DNA of 63,508 bases, the filler included, from Candidatus Woesearchaeota archaeon (GTDB lineage Archaea; Nanobdellota; Nanobdellia; Woesearchaeales; J072), in NCBI GenBank assembly GCA_003695265.1. It is 6 parts of 6 records of this genome, joined end to end, with 100 filler letters (N's around TTAATTAATTAA, not from the genome) between each part and the next. Parts side by side here need not be neighbours in the genome. Positions count along the whole stretch, not along the records: positions 22,775 to 30,976 come from RFII01000088.1; positions 31,077 to 50,895 come from RFII01000089.1; 4 more parts are not named here. The stretch is one strand, 5' to 3'. The translations under genes and the position numbers were made by a program. Of this stretch, positions 27,713 through 37,495 are shown piece by piece. Numbering within the stretch: the first letter of the stretch is position 1; each line of letters opens with the position of its first letter. The notes beneath the pieces are model-generated. The model ran no database searches. It was not told the origin of the DNA and saw only the letters and a program-made list of their open reading frames with translations.

Positions 27713-28303
27713 ATGAGAAGAAAACACATTATTTTTGCTTTGCTTATCCTTGCCATTTTGATTGCTGGCTGCACGGTAAAAGAAAAAGCGATTGCCAAAC
27801 CAGAGCCTGTTGTTGAGGAGCAGCTTAAGAATAATTCTGTAAGCTCTGATGAGGGAATACCTATAGGCCGCTCAATAGGATTTCTTCCGCATGACTTCAC
27901 AGTGCACACCACAGAAGGAGAGCTTTTCAACTTGAGGGAGCAGTCAGGAAAAAAGCCAGTCATTATCTACTTCATGGCGACGTGGTGCCCTTACTGCGCG
28001 AAGGATTTCAAGGCGCTCAGCGAAGTTATCAACGACTATGAAAATGATGTTGTTATAGTTGCTGTTGACGTTGACTTGAACGAAGGCATAAATGACTTGA
28101 AAAAATACAAGGAGCAGTACCCAAACCTTGAGGCTGTGAAGTTCGCGCCAGGCACTGCAGAAATACTTGCAGATTACAAAGCCACTGCGACAACGATTAA
28201 ATATGGCATCGGAAGGAACGGCGTTATAATAAGGCGCGGCTCAGGAGCAATCAATGAGGCTGAGTGGGTTATGTGGCTTGAAGCCCTGATAAATTCTGAA
28301 TAA
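27713..28303 (+). CDS. TlpA/ResA-like thiol-disulfide oxidoreductase lipoprotein
   Basis: Lipobox IAGC; FMATWCPYC. Confidence 0.88.
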   Translation: MRRKHIIFALLILAILIAGCTVKEKAIAKPEPVVEEQLKNNSVSSDEGIPIGRSIGFLPHDFTVHTTEGELFNLREQSGKKPVIIYFMATWCPYCAKDFKALSEVINDYENDVVIVAVDVDLNEGINDLKKYKEQYPNLEAVKFAPGTAEILADYKATATTIKYGIGRNGVIIRRGSGAINEAEWVMWLEALINSE

Positions 28304-28304
28304 A

Positions 28305-28970
28305 ATGGTAAACTTTGCTTTCATAATGTTTGCGTTCAGCGCCGGCACAGCAGCTTTTTTTGCGCCGTGCTCAGCAACACTCCTGCCTGGCTACATAACG
28401 TATTACTTCTCAAAGAACGAGAACCAAGCAACGTTTTGGAAGTCAGGATTGCGCGGGCTCTTGTTCGGGCTTGGCACAATTCTCGGGTTTTTTGCTGTGT
28501 TCGGCATTGCAGGAGCGCTCATAATCTTGTTGGGCCAGGCTGTCAAGCAGTTCATCCCATGGGTTGCAATGATTTTCGGCGCTTTTCTTATTTTTGCTGG
28601 AGCTGCAATGCTGCTTGGCAAAGACTTTTTTGTAAAACTGCCAAAAATAATATCAAGGATGGATTCCAGCTCGTTCGTCTTCGGCATTGCATACGCGATT
28701 GCTTCTCTCGGATGCACTTTTCCGCTTTTCGCAACTGTCCTGCTGCAGGGAATAACAGACACTTCACTCATTGGAGGGCTTGCATCTTTGCTCGCGTACA
28801 TTATCGGTATAAGCATCGTCATGCTTGGCATAACTTTCCTCACTGCTGTTTCAAGGGAATTCGTCCAGAAAAAAATCATGAAATTAATGCCCTATATTAA
28901 AAAGGCAAGCGCTCTGATAATAATTGTTGCAGGCGCGTACATGATTTATTACCAATTCTTTGTGATATGA
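28305..28970 (+). CDS. ccdA: CcdA/DsbD-type transmembrane electron transporter
   Basis: FFAPC..LLPGY and SLGCTFP; six TM helices. Confidence 0.88.
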   Translation: MVNFAFIMFAFSAGTAAFFAPCSATLLPGYITYYFSKNENQATFWKSGLRGLLFGLGTILGFFAVFGIAGALIILLGQAVKQFIPWVAMIFGAFLIFAGAAMLLGKDFFVKLPKIISRMDSSSFVFGIAYAIASLGCTFPLFATVLLQGITDTSLIGGLASLLAYIIGISIVMLGITFLTAVSREFVQKKIMKLMPYIKKASALIIIVAGAYMIYYQFFVI

Positions 28971-29060
28971 TTCTTTTAATTTTATTATCTAATCAAAGTA
29001 TCTTTTTTGAAACTTATTATTATTAATATATGGTAAACATCCATATGAAAAAATTAAGGG

Positions 29061-29801
29061 GTGGCTAAAATGAGAAAAGAAGATAATGTAACACTGAGCA
29101 AGGCAAGCATTTGGAAAGGAGTATCAGCTGTGTTGGCAGTTCTTCTCATTATTTCAATATACACTGGAGGATTCGGAAGGGGCTCTAACAAAGCAGAAGA
29201 TGTCAAGAGCGCAAAACAAGCACAGCCTCCTCCTGCAGCGCAGCCGGAACAGCCTGCTCCAAAACAACAGGTTGTTGACATGGAATCCTTGATGGATGAT
29301 GACCCTGTAAAAGGAGACAAAAATGCTCCAGTAACAATTGTTGAGTGGAGCGATTTCCAGTGCCCGTTCTGCGGAAGGTTTTACAGCCAGACACTAGGCA
29401 AAATTTACAAGGAATACATTCAGACTGGAAAAGTTAAACTGGTTTACAGGGATTTTCCCTTGAGCTTCCACCAAAACGCGCAGAAAGCCGCAGAAGCAGC
29501 GGAATGCGCTGATGAGCAGGGCAAATTCTGGGAGATGCATGACATGCTTTTCGAGAAAGGTGTTGACGGAGGAGTCCCAACTTTTAAGAGTTATGCTGCG
29601 GACCTCGGCTTAGACTCAGAAAAGTTTGACAGCTGCCTTGACTCAGGAAAAATGGCTGCAGAAGTGCAAAAGGACATGAGGGACGGAGCAGCAGCAGGAA
29701 TTACAGGAACCCCTGGGTTTGTCGTGAATGGCAAAATAGTGAAGGGAGCCCAGCCTTTCGAGGCTTTTAAGGCCATAATTGATGCAGAGCTTTCAAACTA
29801 A
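29061..29801 (+). CDS. dsbA: Membrane-anchored DsbA family oxidoreductase
   Basis: APVTIVEWSDFQCPFC, YRDFPL, GITGTP; start 29061 (GTG) or 29070 (ATG). Confidence 0.9.
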   Translation: MAKMRKEDNVTLSKASIWKGVSAVLAVLLIISIYTGGFGRGSNKAEDVKSAKQAQPPPAAQPEQPAPKQQVVDMESLMDDDPVKGDKNAPVTIVEWSDFQCPFCGRFYSQTLGKIYKEYIQTGKVKLVYRDFPLSFHQNAQKAAEAAECADEQGKFWEMHDMLFEKGVDGGVPTFKSYAADLGLDSEKFDSCLDSGKMAAEVQKDMRDGAAAGITGTPGFVVNGKIVKGAQPFEAFKAIIDAELSN

Positions 29802-29871
29802 TCTTTTTATTAGTCTTTCCAAACAATTTTCTTCTTTTGTTTTTTCTTTTTTGTTGCAAATACTTTTTCCG

Positions 29872-29966
29872 GGTAAAGTTAATTTTGTTGTGTTTGGAAA
29901 TTACAATGCTTTGTCCCGCCCACACCACCTAAAGCACGAAAGCTTTCTCACTTAAGTTGACTTAAT
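29872..29966 (+). repeat. Dispersed intergenic element, copy 5
   Basis: AATTTTGTTGTGTT...TTGTCCCGCCCACACCACC...CTTAAGTTGACTTAAT. Confidence 0.88.
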
Positions 29967-30016
29967 CATATAATTTCCGCAAGCTTTATTACTTTCCTTA
30001 TTCATACTCTTAAGAA

Positions 30017-30697
30017 ATGATTCCTTATGTTAATCGCAGGCAGATTGCAGAGCTTGACCGCTTGATGGTTGAGCACTTTAAGGTTTCTGTAGAGATGATG
30101 ATGGAGCATGCGGGCTACAGGATAGCAGAGTTTATTAGGAAGAAGTTTCCCGGTAAGAAAAGAGTGCTTATATGTGTTGGCAAGGGCAACAACGGCGGAG
30201 ATGGAATATCAGCGGCAAGGCATCTTAGGAATTTTGGCTACGAGCCTGTCTTGTTCTTAATGAGTCCTGATTTGACAAGGGAAGGATTGTCGCATCTTGA
30301 GATTGCGAGAATATTGAAAGTGCCTGAGCTGACGAGCGTTGAGATGCTGAAGCATGAAATAAGAAAAGCTGATGTTATTATCGACTGCCTTATAGGATAC
30401 AACCTTAAAGGGGCTCCGAGAAAGGACTTTGTAGGAGTCATTAAGCTAATAAACCAGTCAAGCAAGCCGATCGTTGCTTGCGATGTGCCTTCAGGAATTG
30501 ACACAGACAAAGGCGCTGTTCATGACACTTATGTTAAAGCAACTCACATCATATTTTTATCACTGCCTAAAATAGGTTGCAAAGATTTTCCTGCCGAAAA
30601 GTTTGTTGCTGATATCGGCGTGCCAAAAGAACTTTACTCAAAAATAGGTGTTAAGCCGGCAAATTATTTCAGAAAAAGCGCAATCATAAAAATATAA
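30017..30697 (+). CDS. nnrE: NAD(P)H-hydrate epimerase (stand-alone YjeF_N)
   Basis: MMEHAG, GKGNNGGDG, IDCLIGY, DVPSG, ADIGVP. Confidence 0.93.
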   Translation: MIPYVNRRQIAELDRLMVEHFKVSVEMMMEHAGYRIAEFIRKKFPGKKRVLICVGKGNNGGDGISAARHLRNFGYEPVLFLMSPDLTREGLSHLEIARILKVPELTSVEMLKHEIRKADVIIDCLIGYNLKGAPRKDFVGVIKLINQSSKPIVACDVPSGIDTDKGAVHDTYVKATHIIFLSLPKIGCKDFPAEKFVADIGVPKELYSKIGVKPANYFRKSAIIKI

Positions 30698-30755
30698 GGT
30701 TAAGCCGATTTTCTTGTGTTAAGAGATTGAAAAATTTTTAGTCCCACCCACGCAC
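30698..30755 (+). repeat. Dispersed intergenic element, copy 6 (right end missing)
   Basis: Starts directly after the nnrE stop: GGTTAAGCCGATTTTCTTGTGTT...TTAGTCCCACCCACGCAC. Confidence 0.82.
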
Positions 30756-30763
30756 TCAGATAA

Positions 30764-30976
30764 TTAATAGTTATTATAATCAAGTTGATTATATTTAATA
30801 AAATAATTTATCTTAAAAACTTTTATGCTTTTTACATCAACCCTAGGTGGCAATTGAACATAATAAGATTCACTATCACGCATTCCCATTTTAATTTTTA
30901 GCTTTTCGTTCGAAGAACTAGCTGTTTTCATTCTGTCCCTGTCCAAGAATTCCAAAGGAGGAGCTGATTTCCTAAT
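30764..30976 (-). CDS. C-terminal fragment of an unidentified protein (5' part beyond contig end)
   Basis: Frame stays open to the linker. Confidence 0.4.
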   Translation of the reverse strand: MRKSAPPLEFLDRDRMKTASSSNEKLKIKMGMRDSESYYVQLPPRVDVKSIKVFKINYFIKYNQLDYNNY

Positions 30977-31076
30977 NNNNNNNNNNNNNNNNNNNNNNNN
31001 NNNNNNNNNNNNNNNNNNNNTTAATTAATTAANNNNNNNNNNNNNNNNNNNNNNNNNNNNNNNNNNNNNNNNNNNN
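30977..31076. other. Artificial contig linker
   Basis: N44-TTAATTAATTAA-N44. Confidence 0.98.
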
Positions 31077-31150
31077 AAAATAGTAAAATTTATATATTCT
31101 TTTTTTGACTTCTTCGATAAAACTTGTGTGGGAATCACACCCTTTAACTG

Positions 31151-32851
31151 ATGATGGTAAAAAGAACAGATTTAGGAAGACGCGTAGCAGACCTAATGAG
31201 AAAAACAGGTAGAAAAATAATAAGATTTCCTTTACCAATGACCACAACCCTAGGATCCTTGTCATTAATATCCTATGTCGGGAGTGGTGATGAGAAAGCT
31301 TTAATCAGTGCTTTGAGCCTGGGTGCGATTGCTGATATGAGTAGGAGCATTGTGCTGAAATCACGGCTCCGAAGACTAAGATCTCAGGAATCAGAAATTG
31401 CAAAAGCAGTTGATACTGATTATTTAAAGGGAATAATTAATGCAGTTAGAGAATATTATGGTTATTCTGGAAAATGCACTCTCACAGAATTGCTTGAGGA
31501 TCAAGGCGGAACTGCTGTTTTTCGTGGCGGCTACTTCATAAACCTCTCTTTTAAGTTTGAGGATGGAAACGAAGCAAGACTCTTCTTTAAGTATAGCAGA
31601 TCAAATAAAAGTATTGGGCCAGAACTTACACCAATCCTTAGATCAATGGGGTATGACTTTGTTCCTAAAAGTTTCTTTCCATCTCAGCACACACGGCTTG
31701 ACGCGCGCCACCCGAACAGAGGCCAATTTTATGAGCTTATGCAAGGCCAAAGCTTAGAAAAAATGTTAATGCTTGGAGAATCCTCAAGCATGAATGCTGA
31801 CTCTTCTGGCAGGATCCCTTTAAGTGACATTTTCTCAAGAATGTTCAGTATTTACGCAGATAATCATTTAGTTGAAACTTCAAAGCACTTGCTTGAAAAA
31901 TACAAATCACATAAGTCATTAATCAACTTAATCAAATCTCCCCAAGGAAAAAAATATGAGCATTTTACGAATATGCTTGACTCCGAATTTAGAAAGTTGT
32001 TTGAAAGTGCAGAAACCACACTTATTCACGGCGACCTTCATCAAGGTAACATAATAATTAATGATAACCTTCACATAATTGACTGGGATACTGCACAGTT
32101 GGGAATTCCTTATTATGATTTCTTCTACCTGGCTGTTATAACAGATTTTGATAGAAGCCAGAGCTTTGAGCAAGTGAGGGATCAATTTGTTAAGTTACAA
32201 TCAGAGATTATGCCAGATATTAATCAACAACAATTGAAAATGATAGAATTTGAGACCTATTTATTAATGCTTGAGAGGTATTATAAAACAAGAAAATTTA
32301 TTAAGGCAGACCACAAACACGAGTTGCTGCGATCGTGCAAATACCTTCTTGAGAGGGCAAGAAAATCTTTACAAGAATATATTGGGATCACTCATAATAA
32401 CAAATTGTTAGAAAGTTTTGAGGAATTCTCTGAGAGAAGATACGCTCAGCTAAAAGATGTTCCTTTTGATCCCAGAGCAAGTGTTGCTTTCGCTTATGCA
32501 GTAAGTCTAACTCAGAGCAAAAAAGACAAAAGAGGATTAGCCAAGAAAAATCTTAAAACCCATCAGGCCAATATTGAGGAGATTGTTGTAATAGATGAAT
32601 CTGTTAGAAGTCCTATCATAATGGATGCTGCCATTTTAGGAACTCTTGGCATTGCAGTCTTAGGAGCCGGCGCTTACAGTTATTTTTCAAACCAAATTGA
32701 TTCAAGAAATTTTATTAGCTTAGTAAATAAAATAGCTCCAAAGATAGCTGTACTATTCGGTGCTGCTTATTGTGGCTACAACAGGGAGAAAGTTATTAAT
32801 AAAATACGCAAAGCTTATGAGGGGATTATTGGGCTAAAGAAGAAACATTAA
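31151..32851 (+). CDS. APH/choline-kinase-like phosphotransferase with terminal hydrophobic segments
   Basis: LFFKY Lys, Brenner motif LIHGDLHQGNII, IIDWD, G.PYYDF. Confidence 0.75.
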   Translation: MMVKRTDLGRRVADLMRKTGRKIIRFPLPMTTTLGSLSLISYVGSGDEKALISALSLGAIADMSRSIVLKSRLRRLRSQESEIAKAVDTDYLKGIINAVREYYGYSGKCTLTELLEDQGGTAVFRGGYFINLSFKFEDGNEARLFFKYSRSNKSIGPELTPILRSMGYDFVPKSFFPSQHTRLDARHPNRGQFYELMQGQSLEKMLMLGESSSMNADSSGRIPLSDIFSRMFSIYADNHLVETSKHLLEKYKSHKSLINLIKSPQGKKYEHFTNMLDSEFRKLFESAETTLIHGDLHQGNIIINDNLHIIDWDTAQLGIPYYDFFYLAVITDFDRSQSFEQVRDQFVKLQSEIMPDINQQQLKMIEFETYLLMLERYYKTRKFIKADHKHELLRSCKYLLERARKSLQEYIGITHNNKLLESFEEFSERRYAQLKDVPFDPRASVAFAYAVSLTQSKKDKRGLAKKNLKTHQANIEEIVVIDESVRSPIIMDAAILGTLGIAVLGAGAYSYFSNQIDSRNFISLVNKIAPKIAVLFGAAYCGYNREKVINKIRKAYEGIIGLKKKH

Positions 32852-33453
32852 TAGTTGAACCTGAAAGTCTTAATCGTTTTCGTCGCAATATCTAAATATT
32901 TGTCAAAATCTTTCTTTGTTGACGCGTAAGTTATTACAAAAGCGTACTTTTTCCCGTTCTTGTCAGCTTTTAACGTGTAATAAATAACTCCTTTAAAGTG
33001 GCGCTGGTCAATTTCGCGGAAGTAGGAATAATTAACCTTCACAGCCTTTTCCCCTCCGAGAGTTGTTAATTCAATTTCTTCCCATGGAGAGCCGTGACTA
33101 TAGGTTATGGTGCCTGCGTCCTTGTAAACTTTATGGTTTAATTCCATGCTCGCATCAGCGTACTCCTCAACAAATGAAATATTGTCTGATACGTTCCAGT
33201 CAATGTTAATGTTGATGTTGTCCCTGTAAGGGTCACGATCACTCTCTAAGGGGCTGAGGAATATCACATCAACAGTGTCATTCATGTAATTGTTTATTGC
33301 TTCCCAATCAGCAGGGTAATCAATGCTTACAAGCCCTTGCGGTGACGTCCACGTTTTTGTCTGCCATAAAACAACTTTGTCAGTTACTTCTCTTGCAGAG
33401 CAGGCACTCAGGCTTATAACCATTAAAATCATTGCCAAAATTTTCATCTGCAT
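32848..33453 (-). CDS. PsbP-like (Mog1p/PsbP fold) lipoprotein
   Basis: Lipobox LSAC, SIDYPADW, TLGGEKAV, YAFVITY..FDKY..IKTFRF. Confidence 0.75.
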   Translation of the reverse strand: MQMKILAMILMVISLSACSAREVTDKVVLWQTKTWTSPQGLVSIDYPADWEAINNYMNDTVDVIFLSPLESDRDPYRDNININIDWNVSDNISFVEEYADASMELNHKVYKDAGTITYSHGSPWEEIELTTLGGEKAVKVNYSYFREIDQRHFKGVIYYTLKADKNGKKYAFVITYASTKKDFDKYLDIATKTIKTFRFNY

Positions 33454-33482
33454 GCAGTTTTTTGGTAAGAACTCTTATTTAA

Positions 33483-33597
33483 ATTAATTGGTTTAACAAT
33501 TCTCATACCTTAATGTTAGGGGTGGTATGGGTGGGGCTAAGAATTTTATAACTTCCCACAACCCACCAAATCTCCAACACAACAGAATAAACTTAAC
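33483..33597 (-). repeat. Dispersed intergenic element, copy 7 (reverse, diverged)
   Basis: Reverse complement reads GTTAAGTTTATTCTGTTGTGTT...TTAGCCCCACCCATACCACCC. Confidence 0.8.
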
Positions 33598-33686
33598 TTG
33601 AGAATAGAAAAACTTATAAGTCAAGGACTCCATTAATTTGTTTATCCTTACAATGAATATTGTCACACTAAAAAGAGGTGAATTAG

Positions 33687-35414
33687 TTGGAAGAGAAAAT
33701 TCTTAATAAGGATCTTAAGATAAAGCCAAATCTTGAGAATTATGAGGAAGCTTACAGGAATTTTAACTGGCAGGATTATCATGATGAGCTTGAGTGGTGG
33801 GTTCCCGGAAAGTTAAACGCCGCCCATAACGCTGTTGACAGGCATGCCAATTCTTTCAGGAAGAACAAAGTTGCGCTGTACTGGGTAGGGCCTAATGATG
33901 AGAGGCAAAAATACACTTTCCTTGAATTAAGCAGGCTTTCAAACAAGTTTGCTAACGTGCTGAAAAAGCACGGCGTTCAGAAAGGCGACCGCGTATTCCT
34001 GTTTTTGCCAAGGGTTCCTGAAACGTACATTTCTTTTTTAGGAATATTAAAGACAGGCGCTATTGCAGGCACTCTGTTCTCGGCTTTTGGACCAGACGCT
34101 TTAAAAGACCGCCTGCAGGACAGCGGCGCAAAATACGTTGTGACAAACTCAGAGCTAAAGGAAAGAGTGTACAAAATTATTGGGGAGCTGCCAGAGCTTC
34201 AAAAACTCATAGTAATTGACACAAACCAGCCCGGCGAGCGCGAGATAAGCTTCTGGAACGAGATGAGCGAAGCCTCAGACAAGTTTGAATGCGAGCGCAC
34301 AGAGCCTGAGGATTACGCTTTCATGCTTTACACATCAGGAACAACAGGAAAACCAAAGGGTGTTATGCACGCCCATTACGCTGTTCTCCAGCAGCACATG
34401 ACTGCCAAATGGGTTCTGAACATTCATGAAGAAGACACTTACTGGTGCACTGCAGACCCAGGGTGGGTTACCGGCATAGCTTACGGCATTCTCGGCGTTT
34501 GGTCTAACGGCGCCTCGCAAGTAGTGTACGCCGGCAGGTTCAACCCTGAGAAATGGTACTCTATTCTGGAGGAGTTCAAGGTTAATATTTGGTACACGGC
34601 TCCTACAGCTATTAGAATGCTCCAAAGAAAAGGTGGCACAGAGCTAGTGAAAAAATATGACTTATCCAATTTAAGGGATATGTACAGCGTTGGCGAGCCG
34701 CTTAACCCAGAGGCAATAATGTGGGGGAAAGAGGCTTTCGGCTTAGTCTTCCATGACAACTGGTGGCAGACAGAATGCGGTGCTATGATGATAACAAACT
34801 ACCAGTGCCTTCCAGTAAAGGTTGGGAGCATGGGAAAACCGTTTCCAGGTATAACAGCCTCAATCGTTGATGATAATGGGAACGAGCTTCCGCCAAGAGA
34901 GCACGGCAACCTTGCTATAAGGGCTCCTTGGCCGTCTATGATGCGGGCTTACTGGAACAAGGAGGAAAAATACAAGAAATCATTTGTTAACGGATGGTAC
35001 ATTTCAGGAGACAAGGCCTGGAAGGATGAGGACGGCTACTTCTGGTTTGAGGGAAGAGCAGATGATGTTATAAAGACCTCTGGCGAAAGAGTGGGTCCTT
35101 TTGAGGTAGAATCCGCTTTGGTTGAGCACCCCGCAATTGCAGAAGCAGGCGTTATAGGCAAGCCAGACCCTGAGAGGGGTGAAATAATAAAGGCTTTTGT
35201 CACCCTTAACGAGGGCTATGAGCCGAGCGACCAGCTAGTTGAGGAAATAAAGCAGTTTGTTAAGAAGCAAATGGCAGGCCACGCTTACCCGAGAGAAATA
35301 GAGTTCAGAGATTCCCTTCCAAAAACCAGGTCTGGAAAGATTATGAGGCGCGTCCTTAAAGCGCAGGAATTAGGCCAAGACATTGGTGATACTTCTACAA
35401 TGGAGGAATACTAA
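33687..35414 (+). CDS. acsA: Acetate--CoA ligase (AMP-forming)
   Basis: YTSGTTGKPKG, WCTADPGWVTG, SVGEPLN, DNWWQTE, GRADDVIK, PKTRSGKIMRR; TTG start after GAGGTGA. Confidence 0.93.
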   Translation: MEEKILNKDLKIKPNLENYEEAYRNFNWQDYHDELEWWVPGKLNAAHNAVDRHANSFRKNKVALYWVGPNDERQKYTFLELSRLSNKFANVLKKHGVQKGDRVFLFLPRVPETYISFLGILKTGAIAGTLFSAFGPDALKDRLQDSGAKYVVTNSELKERVYKIIGELPELQKLIVIDTNQPGEREISFWNEMSEASDKFECERTEPEDYAFMLYTSGTTGKPKGVMHAHYAVLQQHMTAKWVLNIHEEDTYWCTADPGWVTGIAYGILGVWSNGASQVVYAGRFNPEKWYSILEEFKVNIWYTAPTAIRMLQRKGGTELVKKYDLSNLRDMYSVGEPLNPEAIMWGKEAFGLVFHDNWWQTECGAMMITNYQCLPVKVGSMGKPFPGITASIVDDNGNELPPREHGNLAIRAPWPSMMRAYWNKEEKYKKSFVNGWYISGDKAWKDEDGYFWFEGRADDVIKTSGERVGPFEVESALVEHPAIAEAGVIGKPDPERGEIIKAFVTLNEGYEPSDQLVEEIKQFVKKQMAGHAYPREIEFRDSLPKTRSGKIMRRVLKAQELGQDIGDTSTMEEY

Positions 35415-35563
35415 TTTTTATTTTTTTGCACAAATAAATTTTTTTATAATATCAAATATGATATTAAAAAACAGTTAAGGATATAATATTTTTAATTACC
35501 ATAAAATTTATAAACTAGTTTATTAAAGGCTTTAAAATAATTAATATTTGTGGGGTGTTTTGC

Positions 35564-37357
35564 ATGAGCAAGAAATCTTCAAAGAAAAAAAGCAATAATT
35601 CATTTTATATTGGCGTTGCTGTTCTGATAATAATCTTAGGCTTCTTAATATTCTACGGAAGGCCTTCTAACCAGTCTAATGTCAGTACAGGGAGCTCTAA
35701 TGGCGCAACGTCTGAGCTTGAATCATCTAAAACTGAGGAGCAGTTCGGCACAGAATCCATAAAATCTGGCACGGCAAAGCTTGACTTTTACGTTATGAGC
35801 CAGTGCCCTTACGGAACTCAAGTTGAGGACGCAATAGCTCCTGTTCTTGACAAGTTTGGCGATGCAGTTGACTTCAGCCTTAACTTCATTGCTAATGAGA
35901 ATCCTGACGGCACTTTCAGCTCTCTGCATGGCGAGGCAGAAGTAAAAGGGGATATTGTTCAGCTTTGCGCAATGAAGTACAATCCTGACAAGTACATGGA
36001 TTTAATAACGTGCATGAACAAGAACGCAAGGTCAATTCCAAGCAACTGGGAGTCATGCGCTGAGGAGAACGGCCTTGATGTTGAGAGCATAAGGAAATGC
36101 TATGAAGGCGACGAGGGAAAAGAGCTTCTCTCTGAATCAATAAGAAAGTCGAACGCAATTCAAGCTAGAGGCTCTCCGACGATGTACTTGAACGGCCAGC
36201 CTTACAACAGTGGCAGAGATTCGCTTTCATTCACTAGAGCCATATGCAACGTGCTGGGCGATCATCCTGAGTGCGAAAACCTGCCTGCATGCGGATCAGA
36301 TGCTGACTGCACAGCCCAGCCTGACAAGATAGGAAAATGTGAGAATCCCAATCAAGAAAATGCGAAGTGCGTTTACACTGATCCTGTTAAATTCACGATG
36401 ACTGTTTTAAATGATGAGAAATGCACTTCTTGCAGCACAGCGCAAATAGAGGCAACGACAAAGCAGCTTTTCAAGGGTGTCAGCATAAGGCACGTTGACA
36501 TAAGCTCTGATGAGGGAAAAGCGCTTGTTGAGAAATACAACATTGTTTTTCTTCCTGCTTTCATCTTTGATGAGGAAGTCACAGAGACAGCGCAGTGGAA
36601 CTCTAACCCTAGGCTTGCGAGCGCTTTTGAAAAGGTTGGTGACAAATACAAACTCAAAGATGAGGCGACAGGAGCAAGCCATTACGCTGATGAGGAAAAG
36701 CAAAAAGAGTTCCTTGAGTCAATTGGTGTTAAAACAGGCGACAACAAGCCGCAGATTGATTTCTTTGTTATGAGCTACTGCCCATATGGTAACCAGGCAG
36801 AAGAGGCCATAAAACCTGTTTATGAGCTCTTGAAGGGAAAGGCTGATTTTAAGCCGCATTACGTTATTTACAGCAATTACCGCGGTGGTGGCCCCCAGTA
36901 CTGCTTTGATGATGAGTCAAAGTACTGCTCAATGCACGGCATTGTCGAATTGCATCAGGACATAAGGGAATTCTGCGTTTACAGGCACATGGGTGAAGCT
37001 GAATGGTTTGAATTCGCAACTAAAATGAACAAGGAATGCAATTCGCAGAACGCTGACACTTGCTGGGAAGGCGTGGCTGACAGCCTAGGTCTTGACAAGG
37101 ATGTCATAAACGATTGTTTTGCAAATGAGGCTTTAGACATTCTGCAGAACGAGTTTGAGCTGAACAAGGCATACGGCGTCAGCGGTTCGCCAACAATTTT
37201 CATTGACGGGCAGAAGTACGGCGGCTCAAGAACACCTGAAGGATTCAAGTCGGGCTTATGCAATGCTTTTGAGGACGCGCCAGAAGAATGCAATGAAGCA
37301 TTAGAAGGAGCTCAGCAGCAAGCCTCGGTCCCAACCGGCGGAGGGTGCGGCGCTTAA
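35564..37357 (+). CDS. Membrane-anchored multi-thioredoxin-fold (DsbA/GILT-like) protein with internal duplication
   Basis: Two homologous domains (FYVMSQCPYG..HG..GSPT and FFVMSYCPYG..HG..GSPT) around a CTSC domain; N-terminal TM. Confidence 0.8.
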   Translation: MSKKSSKKKSNNSFYIGVAVLIIILGFLIFYGRPSNQSNVSTGSSNGATSELESSKTEEQFGTESIKSGTAKLDFYVMSQCPYGTQVEDAIAPVLDKFGDAVDFSLNFIANENPDGTFSSLHGEAEVKGDIVQLCAMKYNPDKYMDLITCMNKNARSIPSNWESCAEENGLDVESIRKCYEGDEGKELLSESIRKSNAIQARGSPTMYLNGQPYNSGRDSLSFTRAICNVLGDHPECENLPACGSDADCTAQPDKIGKCENPNQENAKCVYTDPVKFTMTVLNDEKCTSCSTAQIEATTKQLFKGVSIRHVDISSDEGKALVEKYNIVFLPAFIFDEEVTETAQWNSNPRLASAFEKVGDKYKLKDEATGASHYADEEKQKEFLESIGVKTGDNKPQIDFFVMSYCPYGNQAEEAIKPVYELLKGKADFKPHYVIYSNYRGGGPQYCFDDESKYCSMHGIVELHQDIREFCVYRHMGEAEWFEFATKMNKECNSQNADTCWEGVADSLGLDKDVINDCFANEALDILQNEFELNKAYGVSGSPTIFIDGQKYGGSRTPEGFKSGLCNAFEDAPEECNEALEGAQQQASVPTGGGCGA

Positions 37358-37377
37358 ATAGCTTATTCTTTTTTATA

Positions 37378-37495
37378 AAGTAGACGAGGCTAAAACTATG
37401 ACCTTTAGGTCATGGATACAGCCTCGTCTACTTATTCCAAAAATCGACGGCAAAAAACTGCAACCTTTAGGTTGCAGAATGGCCGTCGATTTTTG
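37378..37495. repeat. Tandem pair of 56-58 nt interrupted hairpins between convergent genes
   Basis: Two different 14-bp perfect outer stems, each with an inner stem capped by ACC-TTTA-GGT. Confidence 0.85.
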
